Below, one piece after another: positions 21,564 through 30,468 of a DNA stretch of 64,000 nt (position 1 is the first letter of the stretch; every line of letters starts with the position of its first letter). The notes beneath the pieces were generated by a model that searched no databases, was not told where the DNA came from, and worked only from the letters and a program-made list of their open reading frames with translations. Origin of the DNA: Alphaproteobacteria bacterium (GTDB taxonomy: Bacteria > Pseudomonadota > Alphaproteobacteria > CALMVH01); NCBI GenBank assembly GCA_965199335.1, contig CBDAQZ010000004.1, positions 448,666 to 512,665 of the forward strand, in the 5' to 3' direction. The translations under genes were made by a program, and so were the position numbers.

Positions 21564-22160
21564 ATGAGTGCAAAGCGTTTGTTCGACAGGATCGCTGATC
21601 TGCGCCGGCCCTGTCTTGGCCTGACGGCCCTTGCCTTCGCGTTTTCCCCGCTGGCTGCCACCGCCGCCGAAACGTGCAAGCCGACCAGCGACGAGAAATC
21701 GGTCTTCATGCGCTCGCTGCAGACCGACCTGATGGTCGCCGCGCTGACCTGCAGCACCAGCGACCAGTACAATACCTTCATCCATCAGTTCCAATCGGTG
21801 TTGAAAACCGATGCCGACCATTTGCGCGGCTACTACAAGAAGCGTCGCGGCAAGGCCGGGGCGGAGGAACTGAACACCTTCGTTACGCACCTGGCGAACG
21901 ACGAGTCGGAGCGCAGCATCCAGCAGGGCCAGAGCGCCTATTGCGACAATGCCGCCAAGCTGTTCCAGACCGTGCTGGCAACGCCCGCCGCAAAGGTGGA
22001 GGATTATTCCACCACCCTGCCGCTATCGGGTGAGGCACCGGTACGCAAATGCGCCCTGCCCGCGGTTGCCGCCGCAACCCCGGTCAGCACCGCGTCCGCA
22101 CCCGTGCCTGCCGCGACGGACGGCAGCACTCCCGCCGAGGCGCCTGCTTCGTCGAACTGA
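21564..22160 (+). CDS. Hypothetical secreted protein with an Ala/Pro-rich C-terminus
   Basis: Signal peptide plus an RBS (aaagg) ahead of MSAKRL, and a terminator immediately downstream. Confidence 0.5.
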   Translation: MSAKRLFDRIADLRRPCLGLTALAFAFSPLAATAAETCKPTSDEKSVFMRSLQTDLMVAALTCSTSDQYNTFIHQFQSVLKTDADHLRGYYKKRRGKAGAEELNTFVTHLANDESERSIQQGQSAYCDNAAKLFQTVLATPAAKVEDYSTTLPLSGEAPVRKCALPAVAAATPVSTASAPVPAATDGSTPAEAPASSN

Positions 22161-22183
22161 CTGGTGGTTCGCTGACCGCAACG

Positions 22184-22214
22184 AAAAGCCGGCGCTGAGA
22201 CGCCGGCTTTTTTG
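22184..22214 (+). terminator. Rho-independent terminator
   Basis: The sequence is aaaagccggcgctgagacgccggcttttttg. Confidence 0.75.
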
Positions 22215-22233
22215 CGCGTGCAACTCTACTAAA

Positions 22234-22304
22234 CTGTCATCCCGGCCTGAGCCGGGATCTCTAACCGATCTGCAACAGATCCCGGGTCAGGCCCGGGATG
22301 ACGA
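22234..22304. repeat. Dispersed palindromic element, copy e, same architecture as copy a
   Basis: Reads gtcatcccggcctgagccgggatct...agatcccgggtcaggcccgggatgac. Confidence 0.6.
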
Positions 22305-22385
22305 AGATGTGCAGGCGGTTACAGGCAAACAAAAAGGCCGGTACTTTCGTACCGGCCTTTCCGTGCTTATCGCAGATCGACGTTC

Positions 22386-23486
22386 TTAGTGGAACACGAT
22401 CTCTACGCGACGGTTCTGAGGCTCCTTCACGCCGTCGCCGGTCGGGACGAGCGGATCGCGCTTGCCCTTGGCGTATACGACGATCTCGTTTGCCTTGACA
22501 CCCTGCTTCACCAGTTCGGCCTTGACCGATTCGGCGCGGCGCTTCGACAGCTTCATGTTGTAAGCGTCGGAGCCGACGGTATCCGTGTGACCGGTTACGT
22601 CGATGCGGGTGACGCCTGCGTTACCCTTGGCAGCGCCGGCAGCGTTGTCGACGATCTTCGTCGCGTCAGTCGTCAGGTTGTAACGATTGAAGTCGAAGAA
22701 CACGAGGTAGCTGCTCTGGGCAGGAACTGGCTTGGATGCGACCGGAGGCTGAGTCTTGCCCATCGGAGCAGGAGCCGGCTTCGGCTCGTTGAAGGTGTAA
22801 CGGACACCGGCAAGAGCTTCGTAGCTATGCAGGTGGTTGGTTACGTACAACGGCTTGTTGTCGCCGAAATCGGCTGCCGGTGTATCCATGTAACGGCCTT
22901 CGACCGTTGCCGCCCAGTTGTCGTCGAAGTTGTAAGCCAGACCAGCGATTGCCTGGTAGGCGAAAGCAACGTCGTTACCCGAAACTGCCGGACCCGTCGT
23001 ACCCTGGGGGTGCGTCGAGGTCTGGTTCCAGTAAGCAGCACCGACACCGACACCCACGTATGGGACGATCGGAACGTTGAGGTTTACCTGGGTCAGGTCG
23101 AAGTCATAGAACGCGTTGACGAAGCCCGTCCACACGCCGGTGCGGCCCGAAGACCCGACGCCGAGAGCGCGGTTGGTTACAGTCTCGCTGTAGCCGCCTT
23201 CGATTTCCGTGCGGATGTTGTCACCCCAGTTGTAACCAACAGCAGCATGAGCAGCCCAACCTGGGTTGTCATAGTTGATGGTCGAGCTGTTGGTGGCAGC
23301 GCCGCTGAAGCGGTTGCCGGTTGTGGTGGGGGCCAGATCGGTCTTCAGGCGATCGTTCCAGTTCAGACCACCATTGGCACCTACGTACCAACCGGCGGGC
23401 TCGTCTGCGTGGGCGCTGACGGTGAGTGCGCCAAACGAGACGCCTCCCAACAGCAGTGCGCCCATGAGGCGAAGCGATTTCTTCAT
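22386..23486 (-). CDS. OmpA-family outer membrane protein (beta-barrel plus OmpA_C)
   Basis: Signal peptide, an N-terminal barrel-like region and a C-terminal segment TGHTDTVGSDAYNMKLSKRRAESV...RRVEIVF. Confidence 0.85.
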   Translation of the reverse strand: MKKSLRLMGALLLGGVSFGALTVSAHADEPAGWYVGANGGLNWNDRLKTDLAPTTTGNRFSGAATNSSTINYDNPGWAAHAAVGYNWGDNIRTEIEGGYSETVTNRALGVGSSGRTGVWTGFVNAFYDFDLTQVNLNVPIVPYVGVGVGAAYWNQTSTHPQGTTGPAVSGNDVAFAYQAIAGLAYNFDDNWAATVEGRYMDTPAADFGDNKPLYVTNHLHSYEALAGVRYTFNEPKPAPAPMGKTQPPVASKPVPAQSSYLVFFDFNRYNLTTDATKIVDNAAGAAKGNAGVTRIDVTGHTDTVGSDAYNMKLSKRRAESVKAELVKQGVKANEIVVYAKGKRDPLVPTGDGVKEPQNRRVEIVFH

Positions 23487-23754
23487 TTACAAGCTCCTCT
23501 TGAGTTATCTAGCGAACAGACCGCTAAATTCAGTGATTCGGCAGTGTGCTTACGCCCTAAAAAGCGATTTGCACATACCCAGTTCCTCTTTCGTGGCATG
23601 TTTGGTCACTACCGATGCAGATTTGCCACAGATAATGTTTTGGGACGCGACCTTAAAATTCGGGTAGACTTGTCCGAGATGTTTCATGCACTTAATTAAA
23701 TGCAATCACGTTTTCCCGTGAGCGGGAACCAATAAAGAGCAAGGGTTTTTGCAA

Positions 23755-24408
23755 ATGACTTTCTATCCCGAAGAGAAACTGGCGATCTTCATCGACGGCT
23801 CGAACCTGTACGGCGCGGCCAAGGCGCTTGGTTTCGACATCGATTACCGCAAGTTGCTGAAATGGGGCGCCTCGCGCGGCCGCCTGCTGCGCGCCTTCTA
23901 TTATACCGCCCTGTTCGAGGACCAGGAATATTCGCCGATTCGCCCGCTGATCGACTGGCTGGACTACAACGGCTACACGATGGTCACCAAGCCGACCAAG
24001 GAATTCACCGACGCCATGGGCCGCCGCAAGGTCAAGGGCAACATGGATATCGAGCTGGCGATCGACGTGATGGAGATCGCGGAGAAGGTGGACCACATCA
24101 TGCTGTTCTCGGGCGACGGCGATTTCCGCCGCCTGGTCGAGGCCGTGCAGCGCCGCGGCGTGCGCGTCACAGTCGTGTCTACGATCCGTTCGGCACCGCC
24201 GATGGTCGCCGACGAGCTGCGCCGCCAGGCCGATCACTTCCTGGAGCTGATGGACCTGGCGCCGGAGATCGCACGCGCCCCGCAGCCGCAGGGCCAGGGT
24301 CACGCGCCGCACGGTCAGGCCCCGCATGGTCAGGGCGCACAGGGCCAGAGTCCGCGCGGCTACGCCTCCGAATTCTCCGATTCGCAGGAAGAAAACGTCA
24401 TCGGCTGA
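23755..24408 (+). CDS. NYN-domain (LabA-like) protein with a PQGQG/HG repeat tail
   Basis: IFIDGSNLY...MLFSGDGDF is a NYN/LabA signature. The C-terminal tail is low-complexity. Confidence 0.65.
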   Translation: MTFYPEEKLAIFIDGSNLYGAAKALGFDIDYRKLLKWGASRGRLLRAFYYTALFEDQEYSPIRPLIDWLDYNGYTMVTKPTKEFTDAMGRRKVKGNMDIELAIDVMEIAEKVDHIMLFSGDGDFRRLVEAVQRRGVRVTVVSTIRSAPPMVADELRRQADHFLELMDLAPEIARAPQPQGQGHAPHGQAPHGQGAQGQSPRGYASEFSDSQEENVIG

Positions 24409-24418
24409 TGACGCACGC

Positions 24419-25069
24419 GTCTTGAGTCATGTAATTTTCAGGGAGCCGGAGCGGGACTGCGGGCTATGCCCGCGCCTCGCCGACTTCCGCAACGCAAACA
24501 GGCGGCAATATCCCGATTTCCACAATGCGCCAGTGCCGTCCTTCGGGTCGCTGGACGCCGCGTTGCTGATCGTGGGACTCGCGCCCGGGTTGAAGGGGGC
24601 CAACACCACCGGCCGTCCCTTCACCGCCGATTATGCCGGCGACCTGCTGTATCCGACCCTGCTGAAGCTGGGCCTCGCCACCGGCACCTACAAGCGGCGC
24701 GCCGATGACGGACTGAGGCTGGTCGATACCCGCATCACCAACGCCGTGCGCTGCGTGCCGCCGCAGAACAAGCCCGAGCCCCTGGAGATCAAGACCTGCC
24801 GCAGCGCCTTCCTGGTCAAGGAAGTCGCGGCGATGAAGAACCTGAAGGCCGTACTGGCGCTGGGCACCGTCTCGCACGGGTCGGTGCTGGCGGTGTTCGG
24901 CCAGAAGCTGTCGAAATTCAAATTCATCCACGGCGCGCGGCACGACATGGGCAGCGGCGTCGCCCTGTTCGACAGCTATCACTGCTCACGCTACAACACG
25001 AACACGGGCGTGCTGACGACGCAGATGTTCGAGGATGTCGTGGGCAAGGTCAGGGACGCGCTGGGCTAG
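24419..25069 (+). CDS. Uracil-DNA glycosylase family 4/5-like protein
   Basis: CGLCPRL...GLAPGLKGANTTGRPF...matches the UDG-superfamily motifs. The annotated ORF starts at 24326 overlapping the NYN gene, so the true start (probably TTG near 24419) is uncertain. Confidence 0.65.
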   Translation, partial: VLSHVIFREPERDCGLCPRLADFRNANRRQYPDFHNAPVPSFGSLDAALLIVGLAPGLKGANTTGRPFTADYAGDLLYPTLLKLGLATGTYKRRADDGLRLVDTRITNAVRCVPPQNKPEPLEIKTCRSAFLVKEVAAMKNLKAVLALGTVSHGSVLAVFGQKLSKFKFIHGARHDMGSGVALFDSYHCSRYNTNTGVLTTQMFEDVVGKVRDALG

Positions 25070-25926
25070 AACAGCGTGGCGGCGAGCTGTTCGATTGCCG
25101 CCAGTTCCTGCCGCTTCTGGTCCAGCAGCATATCAAGCTCAGCTCTTGCTTGTTGTCCAAAGGCGACCGGCATTACGGCGCCAAGTCCGGCGGCAGTTAC
25201 CTTGCGCGGCCATGTCAGGCACAGATCGTAGTCCGGCACGTGGCCGCACACGACATGCGCCTCGCCCGCGTCGCCGCACAGCGCGAGGACGAGCCGTGAC
25301 AGCCAGACCCCTGTCGCCAGGTTGCGCGGCGCGCCGGCCTTGGCGGTTATGCTCTTCAGCAACGTCCTGACCCTGACGGCCGTGTCGGCGTACTCTGCCT
25401 CGCCGGCATAGACCGGTATCGTACGTGAGCCGTGCTCGCCCAGCGCAACCGCTTCATCGAGCATGAAATCCTTGCCCATCACATAATGCAGCCGCGCTGT
25501 ATCCAGGTCGCCGCCGAAACCGATCACCCGTTCCTTATCGAATTTTCCCGATGCGACGAAAAGCGCAGTCAAATCGTCTACCGGCGTTCCGATCACCACC
25601 AACCGCGCCCGGCGCGCGATGCCGCCATCGAGGAAGTTCCGGGCGATCTCGGCATTTCTGGCGAACAGGGATTTCGGCGTATCCCCCAGCGCCATCTGCG
25701 CGCCCACGCACACGGCGATGACATCGGCATCGCGCAAAGCCTGCTTACCCGCGACTTTCATCCGGCGCGCCGACCGGGGGTAGGCGCTGGCCGCATCCAA
25801 CAACGCCGCCATCAACCTGTCCTCGTTGCGGCCGACCAGCGTTATGTCGATGTCCCGATCGGCTGCGGCAAGCTGCATGAGGGTCGCCGCCGCCGTGTTG
25901 CCGGACCCGATCAAAGCTATGTGCAT
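25066..25926 (-). CDS. Lactate/malate dehydrogenase-family NAD(P) oxidoreductase
   Basis: N-terminal Rossmann fold IALIGSGNTAAA, then VIGTPVDDLT and a GEHG motif. Confidence 0.55.
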   Translation of the reverse strand: MHIALIGSGNTAAATLMQLAAADRDIDITLVGRNEDRLMAALLDAASAYPRSARRMKVAGKQALRDADVIAVCVGAQMALGDTPKSLFARNAEIARNFLDGGIARRARLVVIGTPVDDLTALFVASGKFDKERVIGFGGDLDTARLHYVMGKDFMLDEAVALGEHGSRTIPVYAGEAEYADTAVRVRTLLKSITAKAGAPRNLATGVWLSRLVLALCGDAGEAHVVCGHVPDYDLCLTWPRKVTAAGLGAVMPVAFGQQARAELDMLLDQKRQELAAIEQLAATLF

Positions 25927-26485
25927 AATTGTCCCGTCTGACCTGTGAACGAATGGGCCGGTATACTACACGAGCGTCGATCCACAACCGCGGAGCAGCC
26001 GTCCGGTTTAGACCCAGGATAGCAGCGCCGTCTCGCGTCCCGGAAACGCCACCTGCGCGAATGGCCAATCGTCGCGCAGCCAGTCCCAAGACGGTGAAAA
26101 GCGTCTGATCGAGTTGCCTTGCATGGCTGGCCCGGATCCAGCAGTACGCCTCGGCATCATAGCCGTCGTGGCCGGGATAGATGTAGGCACAGCCCAGGCA
26201 GAGGGACTCATCCCGCGCCATCACGGTGTAGGCGAAGGACGTGCGTTGCTGGAATTCCTTGTGATGCCAGCCGAGGTCGACCAGGTCCTGCTCGAACGTC
26301 AGGCCGGGCGACGGCCATTGAGAGTGTGGGCCGAAGACGCCCTGCAGATGATCGATGCTGCTCATCACGGCGTCGTAATCCTTGACCACGTCGGAAATGA
26401 CCAGGGGGCGCAGGATGAAATCCGGATGTTCCAGGCGCGGCGGCACCACGAAATCTGCGGGAACGAAAGGTGCGGATTTATCCAT
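25745..26485 (-). CDS. GNAT-family acetyltransferase-like protein; 3' end uncertain and overlaps the downstream gene
   Basis: MDKSAPF...WHHKEFQQRTSFAYTVMARDESLCLGCAYIYP reads like a GNAT core. The frame stays open for about 180 nt into the next gene, so this may be a frameshift or a genuine overlap. Confidence 0.35.
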   Translation of the reverse strand: MDKSAPFVPADFVVPPRLEHPDFILRPLVISDVVKDYDAVMSSIDHLQGVFGPHSQWPSPGLTFEQDLVDLGWHHKEFQQRTSFAYTVMARDESLCLGCAYIYPGHDGYDAEAYCWIRASHARQLDQTLFTVLGLAARRLAIRAGGVSGTRDGAAILGLNRTAAPRLWIDARVVYRPIRSQVRRDNYAHSFDRVRQHGGGDPHAACRSRSGHRHNAGRPQRGQVDGGVVGCGQRLPPVGAPDESRG

Positions 26486-26490
26486 GGGTT

Positions 26491-27318
26491 TCAATCGGCC
26501 TCGACATAATGGGATAAGGCCACGAAGCCATCGGCGGCGGCATAGACGACCTCGCGGTTGGCGTTGTGCACGCGCGTACCGGGCGCCAGTCCGTGCGCTT
26601 CCTCCCAGAAATCTATCTTGCGAACGAAATAGCGAACGCCGTCCAGATATACCGAGGGCTCGAATTTGGAAAACGCCCTGACCAGGCGGTCGATCTGCCG
26701 GACTGGCATCGTCCACTCGATCAGCTTGTCGGCGCGGGTCAGCATCGGCCAGTAGCTGCCCTGTCCCTGCGGCTGTTTGTTTGCCCAAGCGGTCCCTATG
26801 TCAGCGACAGTATTCAGCAGCATGGTCCTGGCAAGCATCTGACTGCGCAGCGACAACGATTCTAGCGTTTCGCGCTCCGACACGTCGAGCGTCGCTTGCG
26901 CCAGGATATGCCCTGCATCCCATGCGGGGGAAATCTCGTGGATGGTTACGCCGGTTTGCGGTAGTTGCTTCAGGATTACATGCGGTATCGGCCATGGCCC
27001 GCGCCCCTCGGGCAGCAACGAAGGATGCATGTTGATCGCGTAGCGTACGAAACCACGCCAGTCCGGCACCTTGAACGGATATGCGGCGCAAACGATCGCA
27101 TCGAACTCCAGCGTGCGGAAGCGGTCCAGGTCCGCCTGTTGCATCGGCGAAAACGTGACCGGCGCGTTCAGCGCCTGCGCCATGGCGATCACATTGACGT
27201 TGAAATCGTATTCGTTGTCCGTCTGCCAGGTGAAGAGCTCGACGATTTCATGTCCGGCCTCGATCAATCCGGCCATGCAGGAATGAAAGAAATCGTAGCC
27301 GCAATAGACTATTTTCAT
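26491..27318 (-). CDS. Formyltransferase-family protein (Fmt/ArnA N-terminal-like)
   Basis: INMHPSLLPEGRGPWP is a formyl_trans_N signature, followed by a C-terminal Fmt-like domain. Confidence 0.6.
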   Translation of the reverse strand: MKIVYCGYDFFHSCMAGLIEAGHEIVELFTWQTDNEYDFNVNVIAMAQALNAPVTFSPMQQADLDRFRTLEFDAIVCAAYPFKVPDWRGFVRYAINMHPSLLPEGRGPWPIPHVILKQLPQTGVTIHEISPAWDAGHILAQATLDVSERETLESLSLRSQMLARTMLLNTVADIGTAWANKQPQGQGSYWPMLTRADKLIEWTMPVRQIDRLVRAFSKFEPSVYLDGVRYFVRKIDFWEEAHGLAPGTRVHNANREVVYAAADGFVALSHYVEAD

Positions 27319-27344
27319 TCGGAACGTCTTCCATCGTCATCCCG

Positions 27345-27373
27345 GGTCGAGCCCGGGATGACGAAGAGGGATT
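27345..27373. repeat. Single-hairpin copy of the dispersed element, copy f
   Basis: The sequence is gtcatcccgggtcgagcccgggatgac. Confidence 0.55.
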
Positions 27374-27379
27374 TAAGCC

Positions 27380-27766
27380 TTACTTCAAACTGGCGGCCAT
27401 GCGCGCTTCGTCGTTGCGGCGGGCGGGCTGGTAGGCGATCTTAGCGTGGTCGGAGCAATAGGGCAGGCCGGGCTCCGCCTCGCCGCCGCAGAAATGGAAG
27501 TCCAGCTGGCGCGGGTCGCCGATCGGCCATTTGCAGGCCTTGTCGCTGAACATGGAGACGTTGCGCGATACCGGCGGGGCCTTCTTGACCCGCGGCCTGA
27601 CCGGGCCCTTGATCGGCGACGGGCGGCCGTCGAGCTTCAGGCGGTGGACCTTGCCGATGACGGCGTTGCGCGTGACATCGCCCAGCCGGGCGGCAATTTC
27701 GCTGGCACTCTTCCCCTCGTTCCACATCGCGGTCAGGTTCAGAATTCGCTCGTCGGTCCAGCTCAT
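27380..27766 (-). CDS. gcrA: Cell-cycle regulator GcrA
   Basis: MSWTDERI...SASEIAARLGDVTRNAVIGKVHRLKL is the GcrA N-terminal DNA-binding domain. The start was placed at M71 of the longer ORF, which has an RBS (ggaga). Confidence 0.85.
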   Translation of the reverse strand: MSWTDERILNLTAMWNEGKSASEIAARLGDVTRNAVIGKVHRLKLDGRPSPIKGPVRPRVKKAPPVSRNVSMFSDKACKWPIGDPRQLDFHFCGGEAEPGLPYCSDHAKIAYQPARRNDEARMAASLK

Positions 27767-27960
27767 GCTTTGTCTCCGGTTTTTAGGGGTTTCAAGACGC
27801 AGTGTCTGTGGATAACTCAACATCTTGTATGCTGATGCCGTGCATACCATGCTACTGGTTGTTTGACCAGCCATTTTGTAGAAAAAACTTGTATCGGCGG
27901 GCAGAGGCTGTTTGTTGATGACAGACCCTTTCCGCCGCGCAGGATTTCCGGTTTCTCCAC

Positions 27961-28596
27961 GTGTCACTAGCAACAAACATGGCCAATCAAAGGCAGACCG
28001 GCAGCGTATCGCCGGACCGGCTGGAGGATTGCAGCGACGAAACGCTGATGATCCGCATCGGCCAGGGCGACAACCGGGCGTTCACGCTCCTGGTGGGTCG
28101 CCATCTGCCACGCGTGGTCGGCACGGCGTGGCGGATGACCGGCAACAGGGCCGACGGCGAGGAAGTGGCACAGGAGGCGTTCGCACGCGTCTGGGTCAAC
28201 GCCGCGAAGTGGCTGTCGGCGGAGGAAGGCGGCACCGGCAAGTTCAGCACCTGGCTGTACCGCGTGGTAATGAACCTGTGCATAGACCGCCGTCGCCGCC
28301 CGAGGACGGAGGCACTGGATACGGTGCTGGAGTCGGGACCGGAAATGGCCGACGAGGCCGAAGGCGCGGCGGAAGGCATGGCCCGCCGGCAACTGGCGGC
28401 GGAAGTGGCGAAAGCGGTCGTCGCCCTGCCCGAGCGGCAACGCATGGCGATCGTGCTGTGCGTGTACGAGGAGGTGAGCAATGTCGAGGCGGCGCGCATC
28501 ATGTCGCTGAGCGTCGGTGCGGTGGAATCGCTGCTGGTGCGGGCACGCAAGGGTTTGAAGGAAAAACTGGCCCATCTGCAGGGCGACGGATTTTAA
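27961..28596 (+). CDS. ECF-type RNA polymerase sigma-70 factor
   Basis: Sigma70 region 2 (FTLLVGRHLPRV...AQEAFARVW) and region 4 (VYEEVSNVEAARIMSLSVGAVESLLVRARKGL). Confidence 0.85.
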   Translation: MSLATNMANQRQTGSVSPDRLEDCSDETLMIRIGQGDNRAFTLLVGRHLPRVVGTAWRMTGNRADGEEVAQEAFARVWVNAAKWLSAEEGGTGKFSTWLYRVVMNLCIDRRRRPRTEALDTVLESGPEMADEAEGAAEGMARRQLAAEVAKAVVALPERQRMAIVLCVYEEVSNVEAARIMSLSVGAVESLLVRARKGLKEKLAHLQGDGF

Positions 28597-28620
28597 GCCG
28601 AAAGGCTGGAGGACAGGATC

Positions 28621-28989
28621 ATGGCTAGGAACGACAACGACGATAACAAGCTGGATGCGCTGTTGCGCAGCTGGCAGGTGTCCATCGACACCAGCGAGCT
28701 TGCGGTCGATGCGATGACCCGGGCGGCGCGGATGCAGGCGGTCCAGCTGAAGGAGGGCCTGGCGGAGCATGGCTTCTTCGGTCTGGTGGCACAGATCTTC
28801 GGCTTCCGCCGTGCCTCGGGCGCGATCTGGTCGGCGGCGGCGGGCATGTCGCTGGCGCTGGTGGTGGGCATCTCGCTGGGCGCCAGCAACACGCTGCCCA
28901 GCCTGGACGAAACCGCGTTCAGCATCGATTTCGACAGCGTCATCGGCGCCGGCACGCTGGCCGCGACCACGGTAGACCAGGATCTATGA
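28621..28989 (+). CDS. Putative anti-sigma factor, membrane-spanning
   Basis: It follows the ECF sigma gene at a 25-bp gap and overlaps the next gene by 4 nt. A central TM segment is present. Confidence 0.4.
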   Translation: MARNDNDDNKLDALLRSWQVSIDTSELAVDAMTRAARMQAVQLKEGLAEHGFFGLVAQIFGFRRASGAIWSAAAGMSLALVVGISLGASNTLPSLDETAFSIDFDSVIGAGTLAATTVDQDL

Positions 28990-29435
28990 AGGTCAATCGC
29001 TTCCTGCTGGGCTTCCTGGTCGCCGGGCTTTTCCTGTCGCTGATGGCCAACGTGCTGTATGGCGGCGTGATGATGGGCCATGCCGCCAAGCCGCTGCCCA
29101 ACACGGCGGAAGTAGTCTCGCTGGGACCGATCCTGAAATCCCTGCCGGAAACCGACCGTCGCATGATGCGGCATACCTTCTCGCAGCATAAGGAAGAGAT
29201 CCAGAAGGACGCCGCCGCCGCCAAGCACTCGGCGATTGTCCTGCGCGAGGCGCTGGCCGCCGATCCCTACGACCAGCAGAAGCTGGATGCCGCCCTGGCC
29301 GACTACCAGCGCGACTTCCACAGTCTGCACGAGCTGGAGCAATCGGTATTCTGGGAGGGCGTCCAGCACATGTCGCCGCAAGGCCGCAAGCAGCTGGCGG
29401 ATTCGCCCGCCTTCGAACGCATGGCGGTGAAATAA
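28986..29435 (+). CDS. Periplasmic Spy/CpxP/ZraP-like protein
   Basis: Signal anchor, followed by LTxxQ-like repeats (DQQKLDAALADYQRD) characteristic of the CpxP/Spy family. Confidence 0.4.
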   Translation: MKVNRFLLGFLVAGLFLSLMANVLYGGVMMGHAAKPLPNTAEVVSLGPILKSLPETDRRMMRHTFSQHKEEIQKDAAAAKHSAIVLREALAADPYDQQKLDAALADYQRDFHSLHELEQSVFWEGVQHMSPQGRKQLADSPAFERMAVK

Positions 29436-29543
29436 GGTACGAGACCGGGCATGAGCCCTAGGCAATAAGACTTGTGCGAACGGGCAAATCGCCGTAGACA
29501 GTCAGGCGCTGCATGACCCTCGATGCAGAGTAGTCGTCAAGTG

Positions 29544-29629
<86 letters not shown>

Positions 29630-29657
29630 AATTCCTTAGCTCCATCTTGGAACTTAT

Positions 29658-30380
29658 ATGATCGACATGATCGGGACCGCTGGGTGGAGCATCCCCCGGC
29701 AGCATGCCGAGCTGTTCCCTGGCGCGGACAGCCATCTCCAGCGTTATGCGCGATGTTTTCGGGCTGTGGAGATCAATTCCTCGTTTTACCGTCCCCATAA
29801 GCCGTCCACATATGCGCGCTGCGCCGCGAGCGTGCCGCCCGATTTCCGTTTCGCCGTCAAGATGCCGCGCGAAATCACGCACACGCGCAAGCTTGTCGGG
29901 ACGACCGAACCGCTGGAGCGCTTCCTGGCCGAGATACGATCCCTTGGGAATAGGCTGGGCCCGTTGCTTGTGCAGCTACCGCCCAGCCTCGGCTACGAGA
30001 AAACCGCTGCAAGCGCCTTTTTCGAGGAAGTGCGGACACGGTTCGATGGCAATCTGGTTTGCGAGCCTCGCCACCCTTCCTGGTTCGCCGATGGCGCCGA
30101 GGCAACTTTTGTCCAGTTCCGCATCGCGCGCGTTGCCGCCGATCCCGCGCCTGTGCCGCAGGCAGCGCAGCCGGGCGGCTGGCCGGGGCTCACCTATCGG
30201 CGGCTGCACGGCTCGCCCAAAATCTATTATTCAGCCTATTCCGCCGCATACCTGGATTCTACGGCCGCCGCAATCCGCGAGGCATCGAACAGCGTTCGGG
30301 AAAGCTGGTGCATCTTCGACAATACGGCGCTGGGCGAGGCGACCGGCAATGCGCTAGATCTGATGGCGCGCTCGGCGTGA
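29658..30380 (+). CDS. DUF72 (YecE-like) protein
   Basis: IGTAGWSIP...RYARCFRAVEINSSFYR is a DUF72 signature. Confidence 0.7.
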   Translation: MIDMIGTAGWSIPRQHAELFPGADSHLQRYARCFRAVEINSSFYRPHKPSTYARCAASVPPDFRFAVKMPREITHTRKLVGTTEPLERFLAEIRSLGNRLGPLLVQLPPSLGYEKTAASAFFEEVRTRFDGNLVCEPRHPSWFADGAEATFVQFRIARVAADPAPVPQAAQPGGWPGLTYRRLHGSPKIYYSAYSAAYLDSTAAAIREASNSVRESWCIFDNTALGEATGNALDLMARSA

Positions 30381-30468
30381 GCTGCCTGTCGTCACAAGCT
30401 CCTAATGACAAGAACGGAATCCAATACCCCGTTTGACCGTCCCAGTCTAACGTTCTACCCTGCCGGCC

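Noticed and set aside
25745-26788. A 347-aa minus-strand ORF read as one gene
   Set aside because: Only the segment after MDKSAPF (26485 downward) looks protein-like (GNAT-like). The upstream part overlaps the formyltransferase gene in another frame. The downstream tail overlaps the dehydrogenase gene, so the long ORF is not accepted as a single product.
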